From NCBI GenBank assembly GCA_004431415.1, contig QPMI01000175.1:68174-132173 (forward strand): 64,000 nucleotides of DNA. The letters run 5' to 3'. Below, piece by piece: positions 1 through 11,639 of the stretch (within the stretch, counting starts at the first letter, position 1; every line of letters starts with the position of its first letter). Source of the DNA: Cyanophora paradoxa CCMP329. Lineage: Eukaryota > Plantae > Glaucophyta. The notes below the pieces were generated by a model. That model made no database searches. It had not been told where the DNA came from and saw only the letters and a list, made by a program, of their open reading frames with translations. The position numbers were made by a program, and so were the translations under genes.

Positions 1-1019
1 CTCGCGGCCCGGCACATCTGCAATGCGTGCGGAAGGCTTTGTCTACATCTGAAATGCTTATCATATTGTTCCGCGCATGCGCCGCGGCGTTGGCGCACGG
101 AAAGATGTCCGGGTCTGTTCAGAATCGATTTTTTACCGTCGGCTGGGTTGTCGTGCTCTTCCGCGTCTTCAAAGCTTGTGGAAGGCTTCAAAAAAATGTG
201 AAATGAATATTGTAGCGATGCGCATGCGCGAGGATGCGAGCGCGCAAGAAAAGGTCTTCAGGTCTGTAGAGGATCGAATTTTCGGGGTCGGCTGGGTCCT
301 CGCGGCCCGGCGCATACGCAAAGCGTGCGGAAGGCTTCTTCTACATCTCAAATGCTTATGCTATTCTTCCGCGCATGTGCCGCGGCGCGGGCGCGCGGAA
401 AGATGTCCGGGGCTGTGCAGGATCGAATTTTTGCCACCGGGAGCCTTCCTGCGCTGTTCCGGCTCCGAAAAGCGGATCGCTGGAGTGCGCAGGTCCTGCT
501 ATGTCTATGCGCGCCCGTACGCATCGATTGCGCACGTCGCGGGACCGGCCGGAACCGGCCGGATCAAATTTTCGGCCGACTCTTCGCACTGGAGCGTCGA
601 GGGTGCCCGAAATCGAGCCTGCCGCGATGCGCTCGCGCTCGCGCGTCATTCTGTATCGTTCTGGGGCGTCCCTGGCGCGATTTCGTCGCGGGACCGGGCG
701 GGACCGGGTCCCACCTTCTGACTCGGACTGCATGTGTCGGAGGTTAAGTACCGGAATTGATCCAGAGGGAAATTCGATTTTCGCGCGACGCCCACGGGAG
801 AGCGGTCGTCTTAGGGGAGCCAGGACGCTAAAAATGGATGTAGAGGGGTCTGTGGGGGTTCGGGCAGCTGTGTAATGTCCATCAATCGCGTCTGTGTCGA
901 GGCAGAATTAATAATTCTGCCTCGAGGGAGTGTGACACGGAAATTATTTAGCAGGGGGGATCTTGAGTGGAAAAAAAGGTTAAAAAAGGAATTTCGGTCG
1001 GCGGTTTTTGGGTTTGAGA
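1..1019 (-). mobile_element. Non-autonomous element E1 (subfamily D; cut by window edge; lacks 16-nt 5' stub)
   Basis: Matches 9492-10510 (E8) at offset 9491. Ends ...gggtttgaga directly against the caagatcc 3' end of E2. Confidence 0.85.
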
Positions 1020-2390
1020 CAAGATCCGTGCTCCTGCGGAGCACTAAGTACGGCGAAGCCTCGCGGACGCCCTCGCGGCTGTCACAGTAGGAGGCCAGCT
1101 GGACCCGGCCCCGCCCAGCTGCATGGCCGGGTTTCGCCGGCTTGGCACCGGCCATGCGCTGGCCCGCTTTAGCCAGCTCGAGGGAGAGCTGGCTGGCCAG
1201 AGAGCAATGTAATGAGGAGAGGGAATATATAATTAACTAGGGGAGACCGGAGTTGAACCGGTAACGCTTGCTTTTAACTGGTGGAGCAGATTGAGAGGAG
1301 ATTAACTATATAATATTGTTGGGAGGGAGGCCGCCGGGCCTGGGAGGGCGAGGTTCTCGCGGCCAGGCGCATGCACAGAGCTTGGGAATCGCTTAAACAG
1401 AATCTAGAATGCATATAGCATCGATGTGCAGGGGTGCGGAGGCAAGGGCACACGGAAAGCTTTGCAGGCCTGGCCAGGATCGAATTTTCGGGGTCGGCTG
1501 GATTCTCGCGCCCTGTCGCATCTCTAGAGTTCGCGAAAAGCTTGACAAAGATCTCAAACTACTGTTGTAGGGATGCGCACGCGTGAGGATGCGAGGGCGC
1601 GCGGAAAGCTGTGCAGGTCCGTCCAGGATCGAATTTTCGGCGTCGGCTGGGTCCTCGCGGCCCGGCGCATTTAGAGACCGTGCGGAATGCTTTGTCTACA
1701 TCTCAAATGCTTATACTATTGCTCCGCGCATGCGCCGCGGCGTTGGCGCGCGGAAAGCTGTCCAGGTTTGTGCAGGATCGAATTTTTGATGTCCGGTACC
1801 TTCTTGCGCTATTCCGGCTCCGAAAAGCAGATTTCGGGGGTGCGCAGGCCCTGCTATGTCTATGCGCGCCAGTACGCATCGAATGCGCGCCTCGCGGAAC
1901 CGGCCGGAACCGGCCGGATCAAATTTTCGGCCTACTGTTCGGACTGGAGCGTTGACGGCGCCCGAAATCGAGCTTGCGTCGATGCGCTCGCCCTCGCCCG
2001 TCACTCTTTATCGTTCTGGGGCGTCCCTGGCGCGATTTCGTCGCGGGACCGGGCGGGACCGGGTCCCACCTTCTGACCTGGACTGCATTTGTCGGAGGTT
2101 AAGGACCGGATTTGATCCAGAGGGAAATTTGATATTCGCGCGACGCCCACGGGGGAGCGGTCGTCTTAGGGGAGCCAGGACGCTAAAAATGGATCTAGAG
2201 AGGTGTGTGGGGGTTAGGGTAGCTGAGTCATTAGCGGCAATCGTGACCGTGTCGAGGCAGAATTAATAATTCTGCCTCGAGGGAGTGCGACACGGAAATT
2301 ATTTATCAGGGGGGATCTCGAGTGGAAAAAAAGGTTAAAAAAGGAATTTATATCGGCGGTTTTTGGGTTTGAGAAAGAGGCTTCGCCTGA
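1020..2390 (-). mobile_element. Non-autonomous element E2 (subfamily A, complete, 1371 bp)
   Basis: 3' hairpin 1028-1044, 3' inverted repeat ggcgaagcctc 1052-1062, 5' stub aagaggcttcgcctga 2375-2390. Confidence 0.88.
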
Positions 2391-3570
2391 CAAGATCCGT
2401 GCTCCTGCGGAGCACTAAGTACGGCGAAGCCTCGCGGACGCCCTCGCGGCTGTCACAGTAGGCCTATAGGGCACTGGCCAGCGGCCTGGCCGATCGCGAA
2501 CAGCTTTCTGGTTGGAAGCTGGCCGGCTGACGGCCAGTCCAGCTACCGCTGGCCGGCTAGAGGAATATAACTAGAGGAATATTAATGTACTGAGGAAATA
2601 AAGGGAGGCCGGAGCAGGTTGAGATTAGAGGAGATGAATTATATATAATATTGTTGAGAGGGAGGCCCGGGAGGGGCAAGGTTCTCGCGGCCAGGCGCAT
2701 GCACAGAGCTTGCGAATCGCTTAAACAGAATCTTGAATGCATATAGCTATAGCATCGATGTGCGGGGCTGCGGAGCTCGAGGCGAGGGCGCGCGGAAAGA
2801 TGTGCAGGTCCATGCAGGATCGAATTTTCGGGGTCGGCTGGGTCCTCGCGGCCCGTCGCATACGCAAAGCGTGCGGAAGACTTTGCCTACATCTTAAATG
2901 CTTATGCTATCGTTCCGCGCATGCGCCGCGGCGTGGGCGCGCGGAAAGATGTCAGGGCGCGTGCAGGATCGAATTTTGGCCGTCGGGTACCTTCCTGCGC
3001 TGTTCCGGCTCCGAAAAGCGGATTTCGGGGTGCGCAGGCCCTGCTATGTCCATGCGCGCCAGTACGCATCGATTGCGCGCGTCGCGGGACCGGGCGGGAC
3101 CGGCTAGCGCTGGATCAAATTTTCGGCCGACTCTTCGCACTGGAGCGTCGACGGCGCTTGAAATCGAGCTTGCGGCGATGCGCTCGCCCTCGCGCGGCAT
3201 TCTGTATCGTTCTGGGGCGTCCCTGGCGCGATTTCGTCGCGGGACCGGGCGGGACCGGGTCCCACCTTCTGACTCGGACTGCATTTGTCGGAGGTTAAGT
3301 ACCGGAATTGATCCAGAGGGAAATTCGATTTTCGCGCGACGCCCACGGGCGAGCGGTCGTCTTAGGGGAGCCACGACGCTAAAAATGGATCTAGAGAGGT
3401 CTGTGGGGGTTAGGGTAGCTGAGTCATTAGCGGCAATCGCGTCCGTGTCGAGGCAGAATTAATAATTCGTCCTCGAGGGAGTGCGACGCGGAAATTATTT
3501 AGCAGGGGGGATCTTGAGTGGAAAAAAAGGTTAAAAAAGGAATTTATATCGGCGGTTTTTGGGTTTGAGA
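2391..3570 (-). mobile_element. Non-autonomous element E3 (subfamily B, no 5' stub)
   Basis: Starts caagatccgtgctcc and ends gggtttgaga. Near-identical to E5, E7 and E9. Confidence 0.88.
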
Positions 3571-4925
3571 CAAGATCCGTGCTCCTGCGGAGCACTAAGT
3601 ACGGCGAAGCCTCGCGGACGCCCTCGCGGCTGTCACAGTAGGAGGCCAGCTGGACCCGGCCCCGCCCAGCTGCATGGCCGGGTTTCGCCGGCTTGGCACC
3701 GGCCATGGGCTGGCCCGCTTTAGCCAGCTCGAGGGAGAGCTGGCTGGCCAGAGAGCAATGTAATGAGGAGAGGGAATATATAATTAACTAGGGGAGACCG
3801 GAGTTGAACCGGTAACGCTTGCTTTTAACTGGTGGAGCAGATTGAGAGGAGATTAACTATATAATATTGTTGGGAGGGAGGCCGCCGGGCCTGGGAGGGG
3901 CGAGGTTCTCGCGGCCAGGCGCATGCACAGAGCTTGGGAATCGCTTAAACAGAATCTAGAATGCATATAGCATCGATGTGCAGGGGTGCGGAGGCAAGGG
4001 CACACGGAAAGCTTTGCAGGCCTGGCCAGGATCGAATTTTCGGGGTCGGCTGGATTCTCGCGCCCTGTCGCATCTCTAGAGTTCGCGAAAAGCTTGACAA
4101 AGATCTCAAACTACTGTTGTAGGGATGCGCACGCGTGAGGATGCGAGGGCGCGCGGAAAGCTGTGCAGGTCCGTCCAGGATCGAATTTTCGGCGTCGGCT
4201 GGGTCCTCGCGGCCCGGCGCATTTAGAGACCGTGCGGAATGCTTTGTCTACATCTCAAATGCTTATGCTATCGTTCCGCGCATGCGCCGCGGCGTTGGCG
4301 CGCGGAAAGCTGTCCAGGTTTGTGCAGGATCGAATTTTTGATGTCCGGTACCTTCTTGCGCTATTCCGGCTCCGAAAAGCAGATTTCGGGGTGCGCAGGC
4401 CCTGCTATGTCTATGCGCGCCAGTACGCATCGAATGCGCGCCTCGCGGAACCGGCCGGAACCGGCCGGATCAAATTTTCGGCCTACTGTTCGGACTGGAG
4501 CGTTGACGGCGCCCGAAATCGAGCTTGCGTCGATGCGCTCGCCCTCGCCCGTCACTCTTTATCGTTCTGGGGCGTCCCTGGCGCGATTTCGTCGCGGGAC
4601 CGGGCGGGACCGGGTCCCACCTTCTGACCTGGACTGCATTTGTCGGAGGTTAAGGACCGGATTTGATCCAGAGGGAAATTTGATATTCGCGCGACGCCCA
4701 CGGGGGAGCGGTCGTCTTAGGGGAGCCAGGACGCTAAAAATGGATCTAGAGAGGTGTGTGGGGGTTAGGGTAGCTGAGTCATTAGCGGCAATCGTGACCG
4801 TGTCGAGGCAGAATTAATAATTCTGCCTCGAGGGAGTGCGACACGGAAATTATTTATCAGGGGGGATCTCGAGTGGAAAAAAAGGTTAAAAAAGGAATTT
4901 ATATCGGCGGTTTTTGGGTTTGAGA
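3571..4925 (-). mobile_element. Non-autonomous element E4 (subfamily A, no 5' stub; 1355 bp = E2 minus 16)
   Basis: Near-identical to E2 but exactly 16 nt shorter at the 5' end. Confidence 0.88.
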
Positions 4926-6103
4926 CAAGATCCGTGCTCCTGCGGAGCACTAAGTACGGCGAAGCCTCGCGGACGCCCTCGCGGCTGTCACAGTAGGCCT
5001 ATAGGGCACTGGCCAGCGGCCTGGCCGATCGCGAACAGCTTTCTGGTTGGAAGCTGGCCGGCTGACGGCCAGTCCAGCTACCGCTGGCCGGCTAGAGGAA
5101 TATAACTAGAGGAATATTAATGTACTGAGGAAATAAAGGGAGGCCGGAGCAGGTTGAGATTAGAGGAGATGAATTATATATAATATTGTTGAGAGGGAGG
5201 CCCGGGAGGGCAAGGTTCTCGCGGCCAGGCGCATGCACAGAGCTTGCGAATCGCTTAAACAGAATCTTGAATGCATATAGCTATAGCATCGATGTGCGGG
5301 GCTGCGGAGCTCGAGGCGAGGGCGCGCGGAAAGATGTGCAGGTCCATGCAGGATCGAATTTTCGGGGTCGGCTGGGTCCTCGCGGCCCGTCGCATACGCA
5401 AAGCGTGCGGAAGACTTTGCCTACATCTTAAATGCTTATGCTATCGTTCCGCGCATGCGCCGCGGCGTGGGCGCGCGGAAAGATGTCAGGGCGCGTGCAG
5501 GATCGAATTTTGGCCGTCGGGTACCTTCCTGCGCTGTTCCGGCTCCGAAAAGCGGATTTCGGGGGTGCGCAGGCCCTGCTATGTCCATGCGCGCCAGTAC
5601 GCATCGATTGCGCGCGTCGCGGGACCGGGCGGGACCGGCTAGCGCTGGATCAAATTTTCGGCCGACTCTTCGCACTGGAGCGTCGACGGCGCTTGAAATC
5701 GAGCTTGCGGCGATGCGCTCGCCCTCGCGCGGCATTCTGTATCGTTCTGGGGCGTCCCTGGCGCGATTTCGTCGCGGACCGGGCGGGACCGGGTCCCACC
5801 TTCTGACTCGGACTGCATTTGTCGGAGGTTAAGTACCGGAATTGATCCAGAGGGAAATTCGATTTTCGCGCGACGCCCACGGGCGAGCGGTCGTCTTAGG
5901 GAGCCACGACGCTAAAAATGGATCTAGAGAGGTCTGTGGGGGTTAGGGTAGCTGAGTCATTAGCGGCAATCGCGTCCGTGTCGAGGCAGAATTAATAATT
6001 CGTCCTCGAGGGAGTGCGACGCGGAAATTATTTAGCAGGGGGGATCTTGAGTGGAAAAAAAGGTTAAAAAAGGAATTTATATCGGCGGTTTTTGGGTTTG
6101 AGA
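4926..6103 (-). mobile_element. Non-autonomous element E5 (subfamily B, no 5' stub)
   Basis: Same termini as the other units and near-identical to E3. Confidence 0.88.
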
Positions 6104-7704
6104 CAAGATCCGTGCTCCTGCGGAGCACTAAGTACGGCGAAGCCTCGCGGACGCCCTCGCGGCTGTCACAGTAGGCCTATAGGGCACTCAGCGACTGGCC
6201 AGCGAACAGCTTTCTGGCTGGAAGCTGGCTAGCTGACGGCCAGTCCAGCAGCCCTGGCCGGCTAGAGGAATATTAATGTGCTGAGGAAATAAAGGGTGGA
6301 GCATATTGAGAGGAGATTAATTATATATAATATTGTTGGGAAGGAGGCCCGCGGCCGGGAGGGGCGAGGTTCTCGCGGCCAGGCGCATGCACAGAGCTTG
6401 CGCATCGCTTAAACAGAATCTCGAACGCATATAGCATCGATGTGCAGGGCTGCGGAGGCGAGGGCGCGCGGATGTGCAGGCGTGGCCAGGATCGAATTTT
6501 TGCGGCGGCTGGATTGCCGCGCCTTGTCGCGTCCGCAGAGCTTGCGAAAAGCTTTAAAAAGATCTCAAATGAATATTGTAGCGATGCGCATGCGCGAGGA
6601 TGCGAGGGCGCGCGGAAAGATGTACATGTTCAGGTCCGTCCAGGATCGAATTTTCGGGGTCGGCTGGGTCCTCGCGGCCCGGCACATCTGTAAACCGTGC
6701 GGAACGCTTGATCTACATCTTAGATGCTTATGCTATTGTTCCGCGCATGCGCCGCGGCGTGGGCGGGCGGAAAGCTGTCCGGGCCTGTTCAGGATCGAAT
6801 TTTTGCGTCGGCTGGGTTCTCGTGCCCTGTCGCGCCCGCAGAGCTCGCGAAAAGCTTTAAAAAGATCTCAACTGAATATAGTAGCGATGCCCGTGCGTGA
6901 GGATGCGAGGGCGCGCGGAAAGATGTGCAGGTCTGTCCAGGATCGAATTTTTGGGGTCGGCTGGGTCCCCGCGGCCCGGCACGTCCGTAAACCGTGCGGA
7001 ATGCTTTGTCTACATCTTAGATGCTTATGCTATTGTTCCGCGCATGCGCCGCGGCGTGGGCGCACGGAAAGATGTCCGGGCCTGTGCAAGATCGAATTTT
7101 TGATGTCCGGTACCTTCCTGCACTGTTCGGCCTCCGAAAAGCGGATTTCGGGGGTGCGCAGGCCCTGCTATGTCTATGCGCGCCAGTACGCATCGATTGC
7201 GCGCGTCGCGGGACCGGCCGGAACCGGCCGGATCAAAATTTCGGCCGACTGTTTGCACTGGAGCGTCGAGGGCGCCCGAAACCGAGCTTGCGGCGATGCG
7301 CTCGCCCTCGCGCGTCATTCTGTATCGTTCTGGGGCGTCCCTGGCGCGATTTCGTCGCGGGACCGGGCGGGACCGGGTCCCACCTTCTGACTCGGACTGC
7401 ATTTGTCGGAGGTTAAGTACCGGAATTGATCCAGAGGGAAATTCGATTTTCGCGCGACGCCCACGGGCGAGCGGTCGTCTTAGGGGAGCCAGGACGCTAA
7501 AAATGGATCTAGAGAGGTCTGTGGGGGTTAGGGTAGCTGAGTCATTAGCGGCCATCGCGTCCGTGTCGAGGCAGAATTAATAATTCTGCCTCGAGGGAGC
7601 GCGACGCGGAAATTATTTAGCAGGGGAGATCTCGAGTGGAAAAAAAGGTTAAAAAAGGAATTTATATCGGCGGTTTTTGGGTTTGAGAAAGAGGCTTCGC
7701 CTGA
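6104..7704 (-). mobile_element. Non-autonomous element E6 (subfamily C, complete)
   Basis: Same termini, with more internal ~120-bp subrepeats. Own stub at 7689-7704. Confidence 0.85.
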
Positions 7705-7752
7705 AAGAGGCTTCGCCTGAAAGAGGCTTCGCCTGAAAGAGGCTTCGCCTGA
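7689..7752 (-). repeat. 4 tandem copies of the 16-nt 5' terminal stub (aagaggcttcgcctga)
   Basis: Exact copies at 7689-7704, 7705-7720, 7721-7736 and 7737-7752. Confidence 0.97.
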
Positions 7753-8905
7753 GTACGGCGAAGCCTCGCGGACGCCCTCGCGGCTGTCACAGTAGGCCTA
7801 TAGGGCACTGGCCAGCGGCCTGGCCGATCGCGAACAGCTTTCTGGTTGGAAGCTGGCCGGCTGACGGCCAGTCCAGCTACCGCTGGCCGGCTAGAGGAAT
7901 ATAACTAGAGGAATATTAATGTACTGAGGAAATAAAGGGAGGCCGGAGCAGGTTGAGATTAGAGGAGATGAATTATATATAATATTGTTGAGAGGGAGGC
8001 CCGGGAGGGGCAAGGTTCTCGCGGCCAGGCGCATGCACAGAGCTTGCGAATCGCTTAAACAGAATCTTGAATGCATATAGCTATAGCATCGATGTGCGGG
8101 GCTGCGGAGCTCGAGGCGAGGGCGCGCGGAAAGATGTGCAGGTCCATGCAGGATCGAATTTTCGGGGTCGGCTGGGTCCTCGCGGCCCGTCGCATACGCA
8201 AAGCGTGCGGAAGACTTTGCCTACATCTTAAATGCTTATGCTATCGTTCCGCGCATGCGCCGCGGCGTGGGCGCGCGGAAAGATGTCAGGGCGCGTGCAG
8301 GATCGAATTTTGGCCGTCGGGTACCTTCCTGCGCTGTTCCGGCTCCGAAAAGCGGATTTCGGGGGTGCGCAGGCCCTGCTATGTCCATGCGCGCCAGTAC
8401 GCATCGATTGCGCGCGTCGCGGGACCGGGCGGGACCGGCTAGCGCTGGATCAAATTTTCGGCCGACTCTTCGCACTGGAGCGTCGACGGCGCTTGAAATC
8501 GAGCTTGCGGCGATGCGCTCGCCCTCGCGCGGCATTCTGTATCGTTCTGGGGCGTCCCTGGCGCGATTTCGTCGCGGGACCGGGCGGGACCGGGTCCCAC
8601 CTTCTGACTCGGACTGCATTTGTCGGAGGTTAAGTACCGGAATTGATCCAGAGGGAAATTCGATTTTCGCGCGACGCCCACGGGCGAGCGGTCGTCTTAG
8701 GGGAGCCACGACGCTAAAAATGGATCTAGAGAGGTCTGTGGGGGTTAGGGTAGCTGAGTCATTAGCGGCAATCGCGTCCGTGTCGAGGCAGAATTAATAA
8801 TTCGTCCTCGAGGGAGTGCGACGCGGAAATTATTTAGCGGGGGGGATCTTGAGTGGAAAAAAAGGTTAAAAAAGGAATTTATATCGGCGGTTTTTGGGTT
8901 TGAGA
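7753..8905 (-). mobile_element. Non-autonomous element E7 (subfamily B; lacks terminal 28 nt including the 3' hairpin; no 5' stub)
   Basis: Begins gtacggcgaagcctc directly after the stubs. caagatccgtgctcctgcggagcactaa is missing. Confidence 0.85.
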
Positions 8906-10526
8906 CAAGATCCGTGCTCCTGCGGAGCACTAAGTACGGCGAAGCCTCGCGGACGCCCTCGCGGCTGTCATAGTAGGCCTATGTATAGGGCACTCAGCGA
9001 CTGGCCAGCGGCCTGGCCGATCGCGAACAGCTTTCTGCAGCTGGCTGGAAGCTGGCTGGCTGACGGCCAGTCCAGCTAGCGCTGGCCGGCTAGAGGAATA
9101 TTAATTTACTGAGGAAATAAAGGCTAGGGTGGAGCAGATTGAGAAGAGATTAATTATAATATTGTTGGGAAGGAGGCCCGGGAGGGGCGAGGTTGTCGCG
9201 GCCAGGCGCATGCACAGAGCTTGCGAATCGCTTAAACAGAATCTCGCGATCGAATGCATATAGCATTGATGTGCGGGGCTGCGGAGGCGAGGGCGCGCGG
9301 AAAGACGTGCAGGTCCATGCAGGATCGAATTTTCGGGGTCGGCTGGATTCTCGCGCCCTGTCGCGTCCTCGGAGCTCGCGAAAAGCTTAACAAAGATCTC
9401 AAATTACTATTGTAGCGATGCGCACGCGCGAGGATGCGAGGGCGCGCGGAAAGCTGTGCAGGTCCGTCCAGGATCGAATTTTCGGCGTCGGCTCGCGGCC
9501 CGGCACATCTGCAATGCGTGCGGAAGGCTTTGTCTACATCTGAAATGCTTATCATATTGTTCCGCGCATGCGCCGCGGCGTTGGCGCACGGAAAGATGTC
9601 CGGGTCTGTTCAGAATCGATTTTTTACCGTCGGCTGGGTTGTCGTGCTCTTCCGCGTCTTCAAAGCTTGTGGAAGGCTTCAAAAAAATGTGAAATGAATA
9701 TTGTAGCGATGCGCATGCGCGAGGATGCGAGCGCGCAAGAAAAGGTCTTCAGGTCTGTAGAGGATCGAATTTTCGGGGTCGGCTGGGTCCTCGCGGCCCG
9801 GCGCATACGCAAAGCGTGCGGAAGGCTTCTTCTACATCTCAAATGCTTATGCTATTCTTCCGCGCATGTGCCGCGGCGCGGGCGCGCGGAAAGATGTCCG
9901 GGGCTGTGCAGGATCGAATTTTTGCCACCGGGAGCCTTCCTGCGCTGTTCCGGCTCCGAAAAGCGGATCGCTGGAGTGCGCAGGTCCTGCTATGTCTATG
10001 CGCGCCCGTACGCATCGATTGCGCACGTCGCGGGACCGGCCGGAACCGGCCGGATCAAATTTTCGGCCGACTCTTCGCACTGGAGCGTCGAGGGTGCCCG
10101 AAATCGAGCCTGCCGCGATGCGCTCGCGCTCGCGCGTCATTCTGTATCGTTCTGGGGCGTCCCTGGCGCGATTTCGTCGCGGGACCGGGCGGGACCGGGT
10201 CCCACCTTCTGACTCGGACTGCATGTGTCGGAGGTTAAGTACCGGAATTGATCCAGAGGGAAATTCGATTTTCGCGCGACGCCCACGGGAGAGCGGTCGT
10301 CTTAGGGGAGCCAGGACGCTAAAAATGGATGTAGAGGGGTCTGTGGGGGTTCGGGCAGCTGTGTAATGTCCATCAATCGCGTCTGTGTCGAGGCAGAATT
10401 AATAATTCTGCCTCGAGGGAGTGTGACACGGAAATTATTTAGCAGGGGGGATCTTGAGTGGAAAAAAAGGTTAAAAAAGGAATTTCGGTCGGCGGTTTTT
10501 GGGTTTGAGAAAGAGGCTTCGCCTGA
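8906..10526 (-). mobile_element. Non-autonomous element E8 (subfamily D, complete)
   Basis: Full 3' end at 8906 and own stub at 10511-10526. Confidence 0.87.
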
Positions 10527-10542
10527 AAGAGGCTTCGCCTGA
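10511..10542 (-). repeat. 2 tandem copies of the 16-nt 5' stub
   Basis: aagaggcttcgcctga x2. Confidence 0.97.
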
Positions 10543-11279
10543 TCGGCTGGGTCCTCGCGGCCCGTCGCATACGCAAAGCGTGCGGAAGACTTTGCCTACA
10601 TCTTAAATGCTTATGCTATCGTTCCGCGCATGCGCCGCGGCGTGGGCGCGCGGAAAGATGTCAGGGCGCGTGCAGGATCGAATTTTGGCCGTCGGGTACC
10701 TTCCTGCGCTGTTCCGGCTCCGAAAAGCGGATTTCGGGGGTGCGCAGGCCCTGCTATGTCCATGCGCGCCAGTACGCATCGATTGCGCGCGTCGCGGGAC
10801 CGGGCGGGACCGGCTAGCGCTGGATCAAATTTTCGGCCGACTCTTCGCACTGGAGCGTCGACGGCGCTTGAAATCGAGCTTGCGGCGATGCGCTCGCCCT
10901 CGCGCGGCATTCTGTATCGTTCTGGGGCGTCCCTGGCGCGATTTCGTCGCGGGACCGGGCGGACCGGGTCCCACCTTCTGACTCGGACTGCATTTGTCGG
11001 AGGTTAAGTACCGGAATTGATCCAGAGGGAAATTCGATTTTCGCGCGACGCCCACGGGCGAGCGGTCGTCTTAGGGGAGCCACGACGCTAAAAATGGATC
11101 TAGAGAGGTCTGTGGGGGTTAGGGTAGCTGAGTCATTAGCGGCAATCGCGTCCGTGTCGAGGCAGAATTAATAATTCGTCCTCGAGGGAGTGCGACGCGG
11201 AAATTATTTAGCAGGGGGGATCTTGAGTGGAAAAAAAGGTTAAAAAAGGAATTTATATCGGCGGTTTTTGGGTTTGAGA
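10543..11279 (-). mobile_element. Non-autonomous element E9 (subfamily B, 3'-truncated, no 5' stub)
   Basis: Starts mid-element at tcggctgggtcctcgcggcccgtcgc and matches the 5' ~740 bp of E3. Confidence 0.85.
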
Positions 11280-11639
11280 CAAGATCCGTGCTCCTGCGGA
11301 GCACTAAGTACGGCGAAGCCTCGCGGCCGCCATCGCGGCTGTCACAGCAGAGGGGCCGGCACTGCTGGGCGCCCGGAGAGTAGGCGGCCAGCTCCAGCCC
11401 CGGCCGGCTCATGCAACAGGGAAACGACGACTGCAGACGCACATATATAATTTGCTACGCATGCCGGGCTTGCGACATCTGCACTAACTGAGGGCTAGCA
11501 AACTTGAACGCGCGAGGGCATGGCTGAAAGCTATCTACAACATTCGCGCGCATGAGCAGGCAGCGAGCTCGAGGTTGTATACACGAGCAGGTCCCCTTCA
11601 TGGCGCAACTTGTGTAGGCAGGACGCAACGCCTGGACCA

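Noticed and set aside
2211-2222. GGGTTAGGG telomere-like motif in several units
   Set aside because: A single copy per unit, changed to gggttcggg in E1, E8 and E10; not a telomere tract.
7689-7752. CRISPR array or telomeric repeat interpretation of the 16-nt repeats
   Set aside because: There are no spacers or cas genes and the context is eukaryotic. The unit is exactly the element's 5' terminus and occurs only at element boundaries.
77-11083. Many 60-316 aa ORFs within the repeat units
   Set aside because: Frames shift between near-identical copies through 1-bp indels and no domains are recognisable; they are by-products of GC-rich repeats.
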